In this document: positions 1 through 11,829 of the stretch, piece by piece
How the letters are laid out: every line of letters starts with the position of its first letter
Position numbering within the stretch: position 1 is the first letter of the stretch
Assembly: GCA_030390025.1 (NCBI GenBank)
Contig: CM059445.1
Location: 58,032,001-58,096,000, forward strand
Length of the DNA stretch: 64,000 nucleotides
Direction of reading: 5' to 3'
Origin: Squalus acanthias
Lineage: Eukaryota
Position numbers and translations under genes: made by a program
The notes under the pieces: model-generated
What the model was told of the DNA's origin: nothing
Database searches by the model: none
The model's input: the letters and a program-made list of their open reading frames with translations, nothing else

Positions 1-250
1 TCAGTACACAGCTACACTTTCAATTCGTGTGTTGTAGCTACAAGGAAACCGTGTTGAATTGACGCAGAAGTTTCAGTGTTAGCAGCTCATCTCTTACAAT
101 AGATAGAATCTATATAATTCTGCTGTATCAATCTGTGCTACGGCCCGTCTTTCGGATGAGACATTAAACCGAGACGGGGCCTCAGTTTAAAATCTCATGA
201 AGGCGGCACCTCCGACAGTGCAGCACTCCCTCACTACTGCACTGGAGTGT

Positions 251-549
251 CAATAACCAGGGGGCATAGATTTAAAGTAATTGGTAGAAGGATTAGAGGG
301 GAGTTGAGGAGAACTTTTTTCACCCAGAGGGTGGTGGGGGTCTGGAACTCACTGCCTGAAAGGGTGGTAGAGGCAGAAACCCTCATCACATTTAAAAAGT
401 ACTTGGATATGCACTTGAAGTGCCATAACCTGCAGGGCTACGGACCAAGAGCTGGAAAGTGGGATTAAGCTGGATAGCTCTTTTTTGGCCGGCACAGACA
501 CAATGGGTCAAATGGACTCCTTCTGTGCCATAAATTTCTATGATTCTAT
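251..549 (+). mobile_element. CR1 LINE 3' fragment nested in a DeuSINE
   Basis: TRGHRFK...FFTQRVVGVWNSLP, tail TTCTATGATTCTAT; SINE halves at 143-251 and 1430-1530. Confidence 0.8.
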
Positions 550-1426
550 GGCCGTGATCTTACCTTTCGGTGCGAGTTGGGAACGGGTCAGCTAACTTGC
601 GGGTTCCGATCCCACCCCCAACGACGCCCGACCCACAGACGCTATTTTATGTTGATTGGCCTTGTTAAGCCCGCCCTGTGGGCTTGCCGGCCAATTAAGA
701 GAAAGCTGGTGTCAGGTGACATCAGTTGATGATGTGTCATCTGCCAGTTTTCTTAAAGGGGACACGCTCATTTTTGTTTGACAGATGGTTTTTCAGTGTT
801 TGACAGCATTGAGGTGCTGCAAACACTGCCAATCACTGTACAAAGGTGAGCCCTTGCCCCCAGGCTCTCCAGAGACTCTCTCCTTAGGATAAAACAGATG
901 GCAGCTGCAGGTGAGGCTACAGAAGTGATCTGTCACTGGTGAGAGAGGTTCTCCCAATGAGCTGGGACTACACAAACACTTCAAACCTTATTACCTACAG
1001 AAAAGTCTAAATACATTAAAAATGATTTTCCCAGCATTTCCTTACCTCTGAAACTCACCAGTGCACCATTGGATCCTTCACACCACTTCTGCAGCTGTCA
1101 TCAATAAAGAAACATTACAGTAGACTCACAACACGCCACACTTACCTGGCATGGTATCAGGACGTCGGGAAGCCCACAGTCAACCTGGCAAAATTGGAAA
1201 AAGCCTCTTAACTACCTGTTAACTACCTGTTAACAGGCAGTTAAGTGCCTATAATCCTCTTCCCACCGCTAGGAGTCAGGTCCCTGCGCAAATCGGGGAC
1301 CCGACTCCCGGGAAGATTGATTGGAGGCGGGTTGGAAGCGGGTTCGGGACCCGCTGCCAATCTTTTTGACTTTGCCAGCAGTCCCGCCTCCAAACCCGAC
1401 CCCTGAGTGCCGGCAAAATCGCCCCC
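550..1426. mobile_element. Harbinger-like element related to 39725-40557 (inverted), nested at a CR1 tail
   Basis: Right end GGCAAAATCGCCCC; shares GTTAAGCCCGCCCTG and AACAGGCAGTTAA motifs with the 39.7-kb element. Confidence 0.55.
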
Positions 1427-1613
1427 TTGGTGTCAGCCTGGATTTTGTGCTCAAGTGTCTGGAGTGGGGCTTGAACCCACAACCTTCTGACTCAGAGATG
1501 AAAGAGCTATCACTGAGACAAGGCTGACACCTAATTAGGACTTGAATCTCTCACTGAATACCTTTAAAATCTCAGATATAATACACTCCAGTCTGACTGT
1601 TTAACATAGCAAC

Positions 1614-1905
1614 CTTGATATGAAGATTCTCATCCACGAGTATGTTTGCAGGCTTCAGATCCAGGTGAAGTAGGGGTGGGTTCATACTGTGCAGGAAATT
1701 CATCCCCATTGCCATCTCATGAATAATCCGGAACTTCATTGGCCAAGTTAACGTGTACCTGACGAGCAGTTTATCCAGGGAGCCATTCTCCATGTATTCC
1801 ATTACAATCCCAGCCGGTCTGGTACAAATCCCATATATTGGCAAAATATACTTAAAGTTCATTTTCAACATCTGTGCTGCCTCCTCCACTAGATGTTTCA
1901 TGTTC
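1614..1905 (-). CDS. ANKK1: ANKK1 coding exon 2 (kinase subdomains III-VIb)
   Basis: Acceptor TGACAG|G; [12 protein letters not shown]...[18 protein letters not shown]; phase-0 donor AAG|GTTGCT just before the expected DFG exon. Confidence 0.9.
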
Positions 1906-3613
1906 CTGTCACAAGTTAATGAGAAAAGATTGTTGTAATTATCAATTTCCCGCAGTAATCCTACTGTAACTCACTCGTTCGCAGGACTTGAACTATTAGC
2001 TTCCCCATTTCCCTGACCATCTTCAGGTGTTTAAAACCCAAGTGAGCTTTGACTAAACACAACTTGAGTTACCTATTCCCTCCTGCTCCATTCAGTCTTG
2101 GTCACGTTCTGCCCAGTAAGCCTTGCCTCTGCAACAAGGTTTCTCAATTTTTCTCCAGACCTGTACATTCATATACGAACATACGAAAATGATGGACAGG
2201 CAGAAGACCTACTGGTCCATCCAGCTTTTCCCACAGAGCCATGTAATGCCTTCTGCATCACAATACAGACACTCCCCACCCCACCCCACCCAGAGCCATG
2301 TAATCTCCTGGGAGAGGCAAAAAAAAAAGATTTTAAAAAAACCCAGGCCAATTAGGGAGAAGGAAAAACCTGGAAAATTCCTCTCCAACCGCCTTAGTCG
2401 ATCGAAACTAGCCCAGGAAATCACATTGGCTCTGCTTTACATTACAGGATGCCCACCTCTTGTACAACATGATCTCCGCCCAAGCCAGAAACAGGTCCAG
2501 CTCTCGCTTGATGGAATACAGCGAATCGGCATCCACCCAATAAGCCGACAGCCTGTTCCACGGGTCTGCTATTCTCTGGGTAAAGAAGAACCGTCCAACA
2601 TCTATCCTAGTTCTGCCCTTACGTAACTTGTAAGCATAAGCCCTGGTCCTCACTATGATTCTACGACAGGGATTTACTGAAGATCACCAGGGTCTCACCA
2701 TTCAATGATACAGCACTGATAAAGTGTGCAATTGTGCCATCAATCTCAACTATTATTGAGAAGTCGCACAACACCAGGTTATAGTCCAACAGTTTTATTT
2801 GAAATTACGAGCTTTCGGAGCTCTGCTCCTTCGTCAGGTAAAGTTGAAGGAGCAGCAGCTCTGAAAGCTCATAATTTCAAATAAAACTGTTGGACTATAA
2901 CCTGGTGTTGTGCGACTTCTCATTTTTGTCCACCCCAGTCCAACACCGGCATCTCCGCATCATGTCAACTATTATTAGCCAACAAATTATGTAAACGTTC
3001 AATCTCTACAGGATATAGTAACAGGCAAATTCTTCCCCTTAACCAGATCTATTAACTAAGAACCACTTAATACTTAATGCATAAATAATACCAACCAGGT
3101 TTAGCTGCTGTTTATTGATTGCCAGTATTAATTACCAGTTTATATCTCCCTAAAAAGTATTCGTTTATCATGATTTAACTTTGATCATATTGTCTAGGAT
3201 TGAAAAAAAGACTTGCATTTCTATAGCGCCTTTCACGGCCATCGAACGTCCCAAAGCGCTTTACAACCAATGAGGTACTTTTTGAAGTGTAGTCGCTGTT
3301 GTAATGTAGGAAATGTGACAGCCAACTTGCTTTTGGTTGAATAGTCTATATAACAGAGTGTGCCACGGGGAGCTCGATTCACACCGTTAGCTGCAATCCC
3401 TGGTACCCACCTTTCAAACGAAGACGATTCTTCACACAACAAATGGCAGCACTTCACAGCCAGGTTCACCCTCCACAGTTTGTGTTTTGCTTTGAAGACG
3501 GTTGCGAACCCTCCCGAGGCAATCTTGTGGAAAGACACAAAGTCGTCCTCCGTGAAGCAGTTGACTGCGGCGCACGGTGGCGGGAGGAAAGGGTCCTGCA
3601 GCTCCCCGGCCAT
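1614..3613 (-). CDS. ANKK1: ANKK1 (RIPK-family ankyrin repeat and kinase domain protein), first two coding exons; gene continues off the left edge
   Basis: Exons 3411-3613 and 1614-1905 splice in phase (AG|G = Arg), 495 nt total. Kinase motifs [40 protein letters not shown]1 rather than RIPK4 is inferred from its position downstream of TTC12 on the same strand (conserved NCAM1-TTC12-ANKK1-DRD2 cluster). Confidence 0.85.
2165..2655 (-). mobile_element. CR1 LINE 3' fragment
   Basis: TRAYAYKL...[14 protein letters not shown]. Confidence 0.7.
2758..2964. mobile_element. Hairpin-shaped Penelope-like mini-insertion (inverted pLTR) with hammerhead core, in ANKK1 intron 1
   Basis: Imperfect inverted arms ~2758-2832 and ~2845-2921 plus a ~40-nt tail; 12-bp TSD TCAACTATTATT at 2746-2757 and 2965-2976. 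Confidence 0.75.
2805..2841 (-). ncRNA. Minimal type I hammerhead ribozyme motif
   Basis: Minus strand TTAC-CTGACGA-A-GGAGC-AGA-GCTCC-GAAAGCTC-GTAA; stem I UUAC/GUAA is a compensatory variant of the 14.6-kb copy. Confidence 0.7.
3411..3613 (-). CDS. ANKK1: ANKK1 coding exon 1 (kinase subdomains I-II)
   Basis: ATG at 3613; MAGELQD...[28 protein letters not shown]...SSFE; donor AG|GTGGGT. Confidence 0.85.
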
Positions 3614-3867
3614 TGCAGAGAGGAGAAAGCAGCTTCAAGGACAAGTCACTGCCAGCTCAACTTCCTGCTCAAGAGCGTGGGCGGAGAATCGAGTGCAAAA
3701 CGAAACTATCGCCTTTCACAACAGGAATGTTGTAACTCAAGACAATTACTATGCTGGATGCACTGAACGTTGTAGTATCACTAATGATACAAAGCTGTTG
3801 CCAAAACCATTCCCATTAATAAAAGCACTGATTTGTTTCGTAGACTAACTCAGCAGGACCAATAGAG

Positions 3868-4325
3868 AAAGAAAGGCTTGTATTTCTACAGCGCCTTTCA
3901 CGACCACCGGACATCTCAAAGCGCTTTACAGCCAATGAAGTACTTTTTTGGAGGATAGTCACTGTTGTAATGTGGGAAACGCAGCAGCCAATCTGCACAC
4001 AGCAAGCTCCCACAAACAACAATGTGATAATGACCAGATAATCTGTTTTTGTGATGTTGGTTGAGGGGTAAATATTGGCCGAGGACACCGGAGAGAACTC
4101 CCCTGCTCTTCTTCGAAATAGTGCCGTGGGATCTTTTACGTCCACCTGAGAGAGCAGACGGGGCCTCGGTTTAACGTCTCATCCGAAAGACAGCCCCTCC
4201 GACAGTGCAGCACTCCCTCAGCACTGCACTGGGAGTGTCAGCCTGGATTTTTGTGCTCAAGTCTCTGGAGTGGGACTCAACTTCTGACTCAGAGGCGACA
4301 GTGCTAACCACTGAGTCACAGCTGG
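3868..4325 (-). mobile_element. tRNA-derived DeuSINE (SacSINE1/AmnSINE-like)
   Basis: Deu-domain motif GGTGCCGTCTTTCGGATGAGACGTTAAACCGAGGCCCC (variant, reverse complement) and an L2-like tail; near full length. Confidence 0.75.
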
Positions 4326-4764
4326 CAATGTGGAATTTTCCCTCATCGATTACATATTTCAAATACTTTAATTCTTTTCATTTCACATTTTTTTCTCTTC
4401 CTCTGCCTTTGGACTGGTGGGGGTGGTGGGGGGGTGGGGGGCGGGGGGGAGACCAAAACGAGTGATAACGAATCAGCCGCCCATTTTACCCCCCGCCTGA
4501 TTATCTTTTCCATTGAATTTGGGCGGGGGTGTAAAATGTTTTGCTGATTCGCTATTACCCATTATGTGCTACGAATTTCACCCCCACTGACTCATTCTGG
4601 ACTCCAATTCACTGACTCATGCATGGGGTACATCGGGTTCCATAGAATCTACAGCACAGTAACAGACCATTCGGCCCAACTGGTCTATTTGGGCGTTTAT
4701 GCTCCGCACGAGCCTCCTCCCACCCGTCTAGAGTTTATTGACTCACGTTGTAATGTTGGGTGGG

Positions 4765-5030
4765 AGATAAATAAATATTGGCCAGGTCGCTGGGGAGAAC
4801 TCCCCCGCTCTTCATCAAATAGTGCCGTGGGATCTCTTACGTCTACCTGAGAGGGCAGATGGTTTAACGTCTCATCCGAAAGACGGCACCTCCAACAGTG
4901 CAGCATTCCCTCAGCACTGCACTGGAAGTGTCAGCCTGGATTTGGAGCTCAAGTCTCTGGAGTGGGCCTCGAACCCACAACCTTCTGACTGAGAGGCGAG
5001 AGTACTACCCACTGAGCTAGGGCTGACACC
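4765..5030 (-). mobile_element. DeuSINE, partial
   Basis: Same family motifs. Confidence 0.7.
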
Positions 5031-6126
5031 AAATACAAAGCAAACCTGGAAGTAGCAAAAAAAAATCATATTTGGGACATCTGCTACCTTATAAAATGAT
5101 GCCCTGTGGCAGTGCCTCCTGCTTATAATACAATTGCCTTGTTGTAAGATGAAGTTCTGCAGGTCCAGGGCTTCATCACTTTTACACATGTTATGGGAAA
5201 CTCTAGAATGTAAGTCTCCCAGGCACCGTGTTGTAATCAGACCTTTGCCTGACATCACATGCTGAACATACTGAACAACCTGCTAGACAAGCATCTGAAT
5301 GACACAAACCACAAGCCCGACACTAAGGTTCAGTGATAATCTTATACTTAACTGCCTGGGCACTGAAAGGAGTAGAAATACAAGATTATCTTACATGATA
5401 GGATGTGAGATCTGATTACTCCAAGAACACTGTGAATGCTTAACTGTTCTGAGGGAGTAGCTGAACGCTACAGACTAGGAGTGTTCCTCACTGAATCGTT
5501 GGCCTGTGGCGAGCTAGCTGATCTTCACCAGGGTGATGGTTAGGGGTGTTAGAGGTGGCCCTGAGTCCCCCTTGGCTAGGGAGGGATAGTGAGTTAGAGT
5601 TTCCACTCCTGATCACTACCCTGTGACCCCTGCTGGACGTGTGTGAACATCAGGTGAGGACAAGGACAGGCTCAGCTCCGATGACCCCCTATGACTGAAT
5701 AGCCAATCAGCACTAATTGCCAACGCTCACACCTCAATTATAGCCATTTGGTCAAGATACTACAGGCCAACATTGCCCATGAAACCATCTCCCAACACAA
5801 GTTGGTGCCGTCAGGAGGATCGGGGAAGCTTGAATATTGGAATGAGAAAAAACATTACTTGGAAGCTCCTCACTTACTTTCAGCTCTTCATTTTAGAGTC
5901 CTGTCTTCAAACTTTCCCTATTGAGTCTAGAGGGTCAGGACATGCACCTCAGTTGAGATTTGCCACTACTGCATTCCCTTCAGCCAACATACCTACCTGC
6001 CCTAACAGGGTCACTGAAATGTGGCTGTAATAGTTTAAAAACCTCCAGTCAATTCACTCATAGATGAGATCAGACAGAGCACCTTGTATGAGTCCTGATA
6101 GGATGGTCACTGGATAGGTTCATTAG

Positions 6127-6600
6127 ATTGATTCCTGGGATGAGAGGGTTGTCCTATGAGGAGAGATTGAGTAGCTTGGGCCTATACTCTCTGGAGTTCA
6201 GAAGAATGAGAGGTGATCTTATTCAAACATACAAGATTCTGAGGGGGATTGACAGGGTAGATGCTGAGAGGTTGTTCCCCCTGGCTGGAGAGTCTAGAAC
6301 TAGGGGTCATAGTCTCAGGATAAGGGGTCGGCCATTTAAGACTGAGATGAGGAGGAATTTCTTCACTCAGAGGGTTGTGAATCTTTGGAATTCTCTGCCC
6401 CAGAGGGCTGTGGATGCTCAGTCGTTGAGTATATTCAAGGCTGAGATCGATACATTTTTGGACTCTAGGGGAATCAAGGGATATGGAGATCGGGCAGGAA
6501 AGTGGAGTTGAGGTTGAAGATCAGCCATGATCTTATTGAATGGCGGAGCAGGCTCGAGGGGCCGTGTGGCCTACTCCAGCTCCTAATTCTTATGTTCTTA
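6127..6600 (+). mobile_element. CR1 LINE 3' fragment
   Basis: GLSYEERL...RRMRGDLI...[14 protein letters not shown]. Confidence 0.85.
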
Positions 6601-7195
6601 TTTGGTGCACTTGCAGTAAATGAAACAAAAAACATTTTATATTTTTTGGCACAGTGACTTCTAATTGAAATTATTTGGTTGAATGTTTTTAAATCTCTAC
6701 TCAGGAGAAGCAAGGCCAGTAGCAGGGGTAGAGTAGGAGTAGAGTTTCTGCTTTGGGCGCAATCGGGAAATTACGCCCAAAGTGCTCTCGAAATGGCGCT
6801 GGTTAGGTTAGCCTAGGCTGCAAGTTTCCACTAAAATTAATTCTTCTATGAACCAGCACAATCGGGCAGCGTAACAGAACGTAATAGGTTCCATTTTTTT
6901 AATTTTTCCATTAAAAAATATTCCTCGATGTACTTAAGAGTGGCAACCTGGTGCAAAAAATATGCATTTTTAATAAGCGTGTCCAGTCCTCCATCTGTGA
7001 TTAACATGATTTAAAATCACTGCAAATGACTAAAAAAAAACTATACTGAACCATTTAATAGTTTCATTGGCGTGCACTAGTTAGTTTCTTAGTAAATTAA
7101 ACATGTTTTGATGTGAAAAAGAACTTTTAGAACGAGCCTACTAGCACCTGTGCGCCTCAGAAATTTGAGCGCAATTTGAGGAGCCTTCCTGAACT

Positions 7196-7390
7196 CCTCA
7201 ATTATAGCCATTTGGTCAAGATACTACAGGGCCAACGTTGCCCATGAAACCATCTCCCAACACAAGTTGGTGCCGGCTCAGGAGGATCGGGGAAGCTTGA
7301 ATATTGGAATGAGAAAAAACATTACTTGGAAGCTCCTCACTTACTTTCAGCTCTTCATTTGAGTCATGTCTTCAAACTTTCCCTATTGAG
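7196..7390 (+). repeat. ~195-bp near-identical direct copy of 5732-5925
   Basis: CCTCAATTATAGCCATTTGG...CAAACTTTCCCTATTGAG occurs twice with a few substitutions and indels. Confidence 0.9.
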
Positions 7391-7919
7391 CGCAATCGAT
7401 GGAATCTCGGAATTTCGACCCGTGGTTGTGGCCAGTGCCTGACCTGGGCGGATTGAATCCCTGAAGCAGTGTCAAAGATCGCGGAAACCACGAACGTAAG
7501 TGGTTTTGGACGTAGCTCACTTACGTTTAAAATTCCCCGATCTTTTGCGCTGGTTCGGCTGATACTACTAGCGGAAACAAGCGGAACCTCGACCCCCCGC
7601 CCCTCCCACCCTTGTCTCTGGTAATGGAGCACTTTTACTTTTATCATAGTATGGCTACATTCAAACATGAATTGTAGACTTTTAACCCAGTACAGCACTC
7701 AGAAGAAAAAAAAACTTACATCTATACAGCACCTTGCTAAGTCTGCTTCCAAAGTTCTTCACGCACAATGAATTATCTTGAAGTGTTTGCCCATAAACTG
7801 TTGTTTTATAGGCAAACACGGCAGCCATCTTTGTGCATAGCAAGGTCCCTCACACGGTAATGGGACAAACGACTGGGTTAATCTCTTTATGGTGATGTTA
7901 CCGGAGGAAAGAATATTGC

Positions 7920-8285
7920 CCAGTACCATCTACAAGATGCACTGCAGCGACTCGCCAAGGCTTCTTCGACAGCACCTCCCAAACCCGCGACCTCCACCAC
8001 CTAGAAGGACGAGGGCAGCAGGCGCACAGGAACACCACCACCTCCAAGTTCCCCTCCAAGTCACACAACATCCCGACTTGGAAATATATTGGCCGTTCCT
8101 TCATCGTCGCTGGGTCAAAATCCTGGAACTCCCTCCCTAACAGCACTGTGGGAGTACCTTCAGCGCACGGACTGCAGCGGTTCAAGGCGGCGGCTCACCA
8201 CCACCTTCTCAAGGGCAATTAGAGATGGGCAATAAATGCCGACCTTGCCAGCGACACCCACATCACGTGAATGAGTAAAAAAAAG
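7920..8285 (+). mobile_element. Non-LTR retrotransposon 3' fragment (clade uncertain)
   Basis: TIYKMHCSDSPRLLRQHLPNP...WNSLP-type end followed by AATAAA and a poly(A) tail. Confidence 0.6.
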
Positions 8286-9139
8286 GAAACACAGAGCTCC
8301 CAGTTCTTCTTCAACCTTTAACCCAGGCCCTTGTGACGATTTCTTTTTTATCTCTCAACCGCGCCAGAACCTTCGGAGTACTGAAGTTAAATAGAGCTTG
8401 TTAGCTGGATTGAAGGGAATGTGAATGGTTGATTAATCCATTCACACTCTGCTCAAGGGGGCTAGGGGCCAGTGTGTGTAACAAAACCCAGGCTGTGAGT
8501 TTGAGCATTTTATTCGGTACAGAGTTAAGTTTCATTATACATTCACCAACTATTTCAAAAGTTAGTTGAAGAAAAATGACGATATATGCTGCAGTGGGCT
8601 TTGCAGTATAAACCCAGTGAGGTCAGTGATATTTCTGGCTCATTGTAATAAGATTGCAAAGCTGCAGCTGACTCTGAGAATATTGTGAATGATGAAACAT
8701 TTTTAGTTCAGCATCTAGTTCTATAATATTCACAATAGGTCATTTACAGAAAATTATATTCGGTATGCATTTGACAATGGTTAATTTGGCAGAATGATTT
8801 GTAGCATAACCTTGTGTACACAAAACGCATTGGGCAGCAAATTTGCTGACAACTAGTCTTTTTTTTAATGTAATTTGCCCCTGGAGGCACCTGTGTTTTT
8901 GTTGCTGGAATATGCTGCAAGCTCTCCCAAGAGCCCATTCTTTGCATACCAGTCTAGGCAGCAACAGCAGACTGGTCAGATATGCGAGGGGGGAGGAAAA
9001 GCATCACGCAACCGAGCCCAACCCCGCGCCCGCCTGGCACCCACCCTTTCCAACAGGGGCCTCCTGGAGTGAGATCAGAATGGGAGCCCTGCTTTATATA
9101 TATTTCAATTCCCCAGCCTGTAGGCACTGAGGCCAACTT

Positions 9140-9625
9140 CAACAACAACAACTTGCATTTACACAGCGCCTTTAACGTAGTAAAACGTCCCAAGGCGCTT
9201 CTCAGGAGCGTTATCAAGGAAAATTTAACACCGAGCCACATAAGGAGAGATTAGGACAGGTGACCAAAAGCTTGGTCAAAGAGGTAGGTTTTAAACAGCG
9301 TCTTAAAGGAGGAAAGAGAGGTAGAGAGGCGGAGAGGTTTAGGCAGGGAATTCCAGAGCTTAGGGCCTAGGCAGCTGAAGGCACGGCCACCAATGGTTGA
9401 GTGATTATAATCAGGGATGCGCAAGAGGTCAGAATTAGAGGAGCGCAGAGATCTCAGGGGTTTGTGGGGCTGGTGGAGATTACAGAGAAAGGGAGGAGCG
9501 AGGCCATGGAGGGATTTGAAAACAAGGATGAGAATTTTAAAATCGAGGCGTTGCTTAACCGGGAGCCAATGTAGGTCAGCGACCACTGAGGTGATGGGTG
9601 AGCAGGACTTGGTGTGAGTTAGGAC
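9140..9625 (-). mobile_element. L2 LINE 3' fragment
   Basis: ITSVVADLHWLPVKQRLDFKILILVFKSLHGLAP...GGRAFSCLGPKLWNSLP, (TTG)n tail. Confidence 0.85.
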
Positions 9626-10454
9626 CAGCGCACCCAAGCTGTGATCAGCTAATTTAGCACAGATTGGAGATTTTAGTTGGGATCCTCTAGTACAGCACTG
9701 GCTCGTGCCTTGATCCACTCGGGCTGGGGGCAGGGGCTGTAGACGTTCGATTCCATAGTTTGCACATGACATGGTGCACAATTACCAACCTCTCAAATGT
9801 TATACTTGAGTTCTACCGTTGACTCTCGTCATTCAGTCACACCTGTGACTTTTGTTTGGGCTCAGCTAGATTTTCAGAAGTTGCCCGCGTTTTGCAGGCT
9901 GTGTTTTGGCCGGGTAGCGGAGCGAGCGACTTGGGTGCGCCGCCTTTACAGTGCAGCCGGGCTCTGGGTAAACATGGCGTCCAACTTGATCCCGGCCTTC
10001 AACGCAGGCTCACTGTGACAGTTTGCCCGACCGCGCGCTGCAGCAAGTACAGCGATATCGTGGCATCAACGCACGATGGCAGGCAGGGCTAAAAGATCCA
10101 CACTTCCACCCAGCCAAGTGCGTCAGAGCGCGCAGACGTCACAACGAGCGACTTGAATCTGCAGCCTTTTACTGGAGTCAAGTAGAGCAGAGATAGGCCC
10201 CAAGATATTTACTGAGGAGATAGGCCCAGCTTGGTTCATCCATGGGGAAAGACCCTAAAACTGCCCCATTGCAGCATCCAAGTAATAAAAGGTTCCAGAA
10301 TTTTCACCTTCACGTATCCATTCCACGTATTGATCTGTCCTTGTGAGAAGAACTAACCAGTGTTATATATTTTTTATCCATATGTTTGTGCCTTTTTTTC
10401 TTCCCTCCCACATGGCAGCTGTCCTTCATTCTGCCAGCGCAATTCACACTTCAT

Positions 10455-10748
10455 CGAGAGCCATATCCTTTGTTCCTTAACCTGTCCCATTACCATCTCC
10501 TCTTGCCTTGAATATCTCTTAATGCCTCTTTACTTCTCCTGCCTTCCATCCTATCACTGACCTTCCTTTTGTTCTTTCATCCCCTCCCCCTTTTCCCAGC
10601 CCCTAAACTTGCTTTAAAATCTGTTCCCTTTCCTGCTTTTTTCTCAGTTCTGACGAAGGGTCATCGACCTGAAACGCTAACTCTGTTTCTCTCTCCACGG
10701 ATGCTGCCTGGCCTGCTGAGTTTTTCCAGCATTTTCTGTTGTTATTTA
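10455..10748 (+). mobile_element. Penelope-like pLTR fragment
   Basis: Shares CTGACGAAGGGTCATCGACCTGAAAC...CTCTCCAC..ATGCTGCC..TGCTGAG with the copies at 34.6, 61.1 and 62.7 kb. Confidence 0.75.
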
Positions 10749-11377
10749 GTTTGCCTTTTGCTAGTTTAAACCAGTGTCGCCTTGTCCTAGTCTTGCACTA
10801 TAATTGGATATCTCTTTCAAAGAGCTGGATTAGACAGGATGGGCTGAATGGCCTCCTTCAGTGCTGTAGGATTCTATGATACTAACTTAAAGTAGTTTTC
10901 CAGATTTACCTTTTCCATATCATTAACTATCTGATATACCTCTGTGAGATCACCTCTCAGACGTTTCCTTTCCAGGTGGAAAGGCCCGAGTTTCTCCAGC
11001 CTTTCCTCTCAGAGTCGGACCTTTGGCACAGGGATCAGCCTTGTGGTTCTTCTATGCATTGCCATCAGTTAAAGAAAAAAGGGCTGCCTTTAGTGACACC
11101 AGCTAGAATGGAGACGACTGGGGAATTGCCCCATCACACCTGGAGACCACACTGCTGCAAATGACTGGCATTGGGTTTTCGCACCATAATTGTATTATGT
11201 AATTTTGCTGGAGAAATAATCCTGCTATACTCGGGAGACAGTTTGCTGTAGTTTCGGTCATGAGTTGGGAGACTCTGTTTGCTGTAGTTTATGAGCAAAT
11301 TAAAACCACAAGGACCTGCCCCGCCTCTAACTCATTGGCTGACACAGAGGTGTCAATATTCACTCCGTAAAAAAAAA

Positions 11378-11829
11378 AGAAAGACTTGCATTTCTATAGC
11401 GCCTTTCCCGACCACCAGACGTCCCAAAGCGCTTTACAGTGACTGAGGTACTTTTGGAGTGTTGTAATGTAGAAAACACGGCAGCCAATTTGCGCACAGC
11501 AAGCTCCCACACACAGCAATGTGATAATGACCAGATAATCTGTTTTTAGTGATGTTGATTGAGGGATAAGTATTGGCCAGGACACCGGGGAGAACTCCCC
11601 TGCTCTTCTTCGAAATAGTGGGATGGGATCTTTTACGTCCACTTGAGAGGGCAGACGGTGCCTCGGTGTAACGTCCGAAAGACGGCACCTCTGACAGTGC
11701 AGCGCTCCCTCAGCACTGCCCTGGAGTGTCAGCCTAGAATTCTGTGCTCAAATCTCTGGAGCGGGACTTGAACTCACAACCTTCTGACTCAGAGGCGATA
11801 GTGCTGCCCACTGAACCATAGCTGACACT
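11378..11829 (-). mobile_element. DeuSINE, near full length
   Basis: Same family motifs. Confidence 0.75.

Noticed and set aside
1614-3613. RIPK4 or RIPK2 assignment for the kinase
   Set aside because: The kinase sequence alone is ambiguous, but linkage to TTC12 favours ANKK1.
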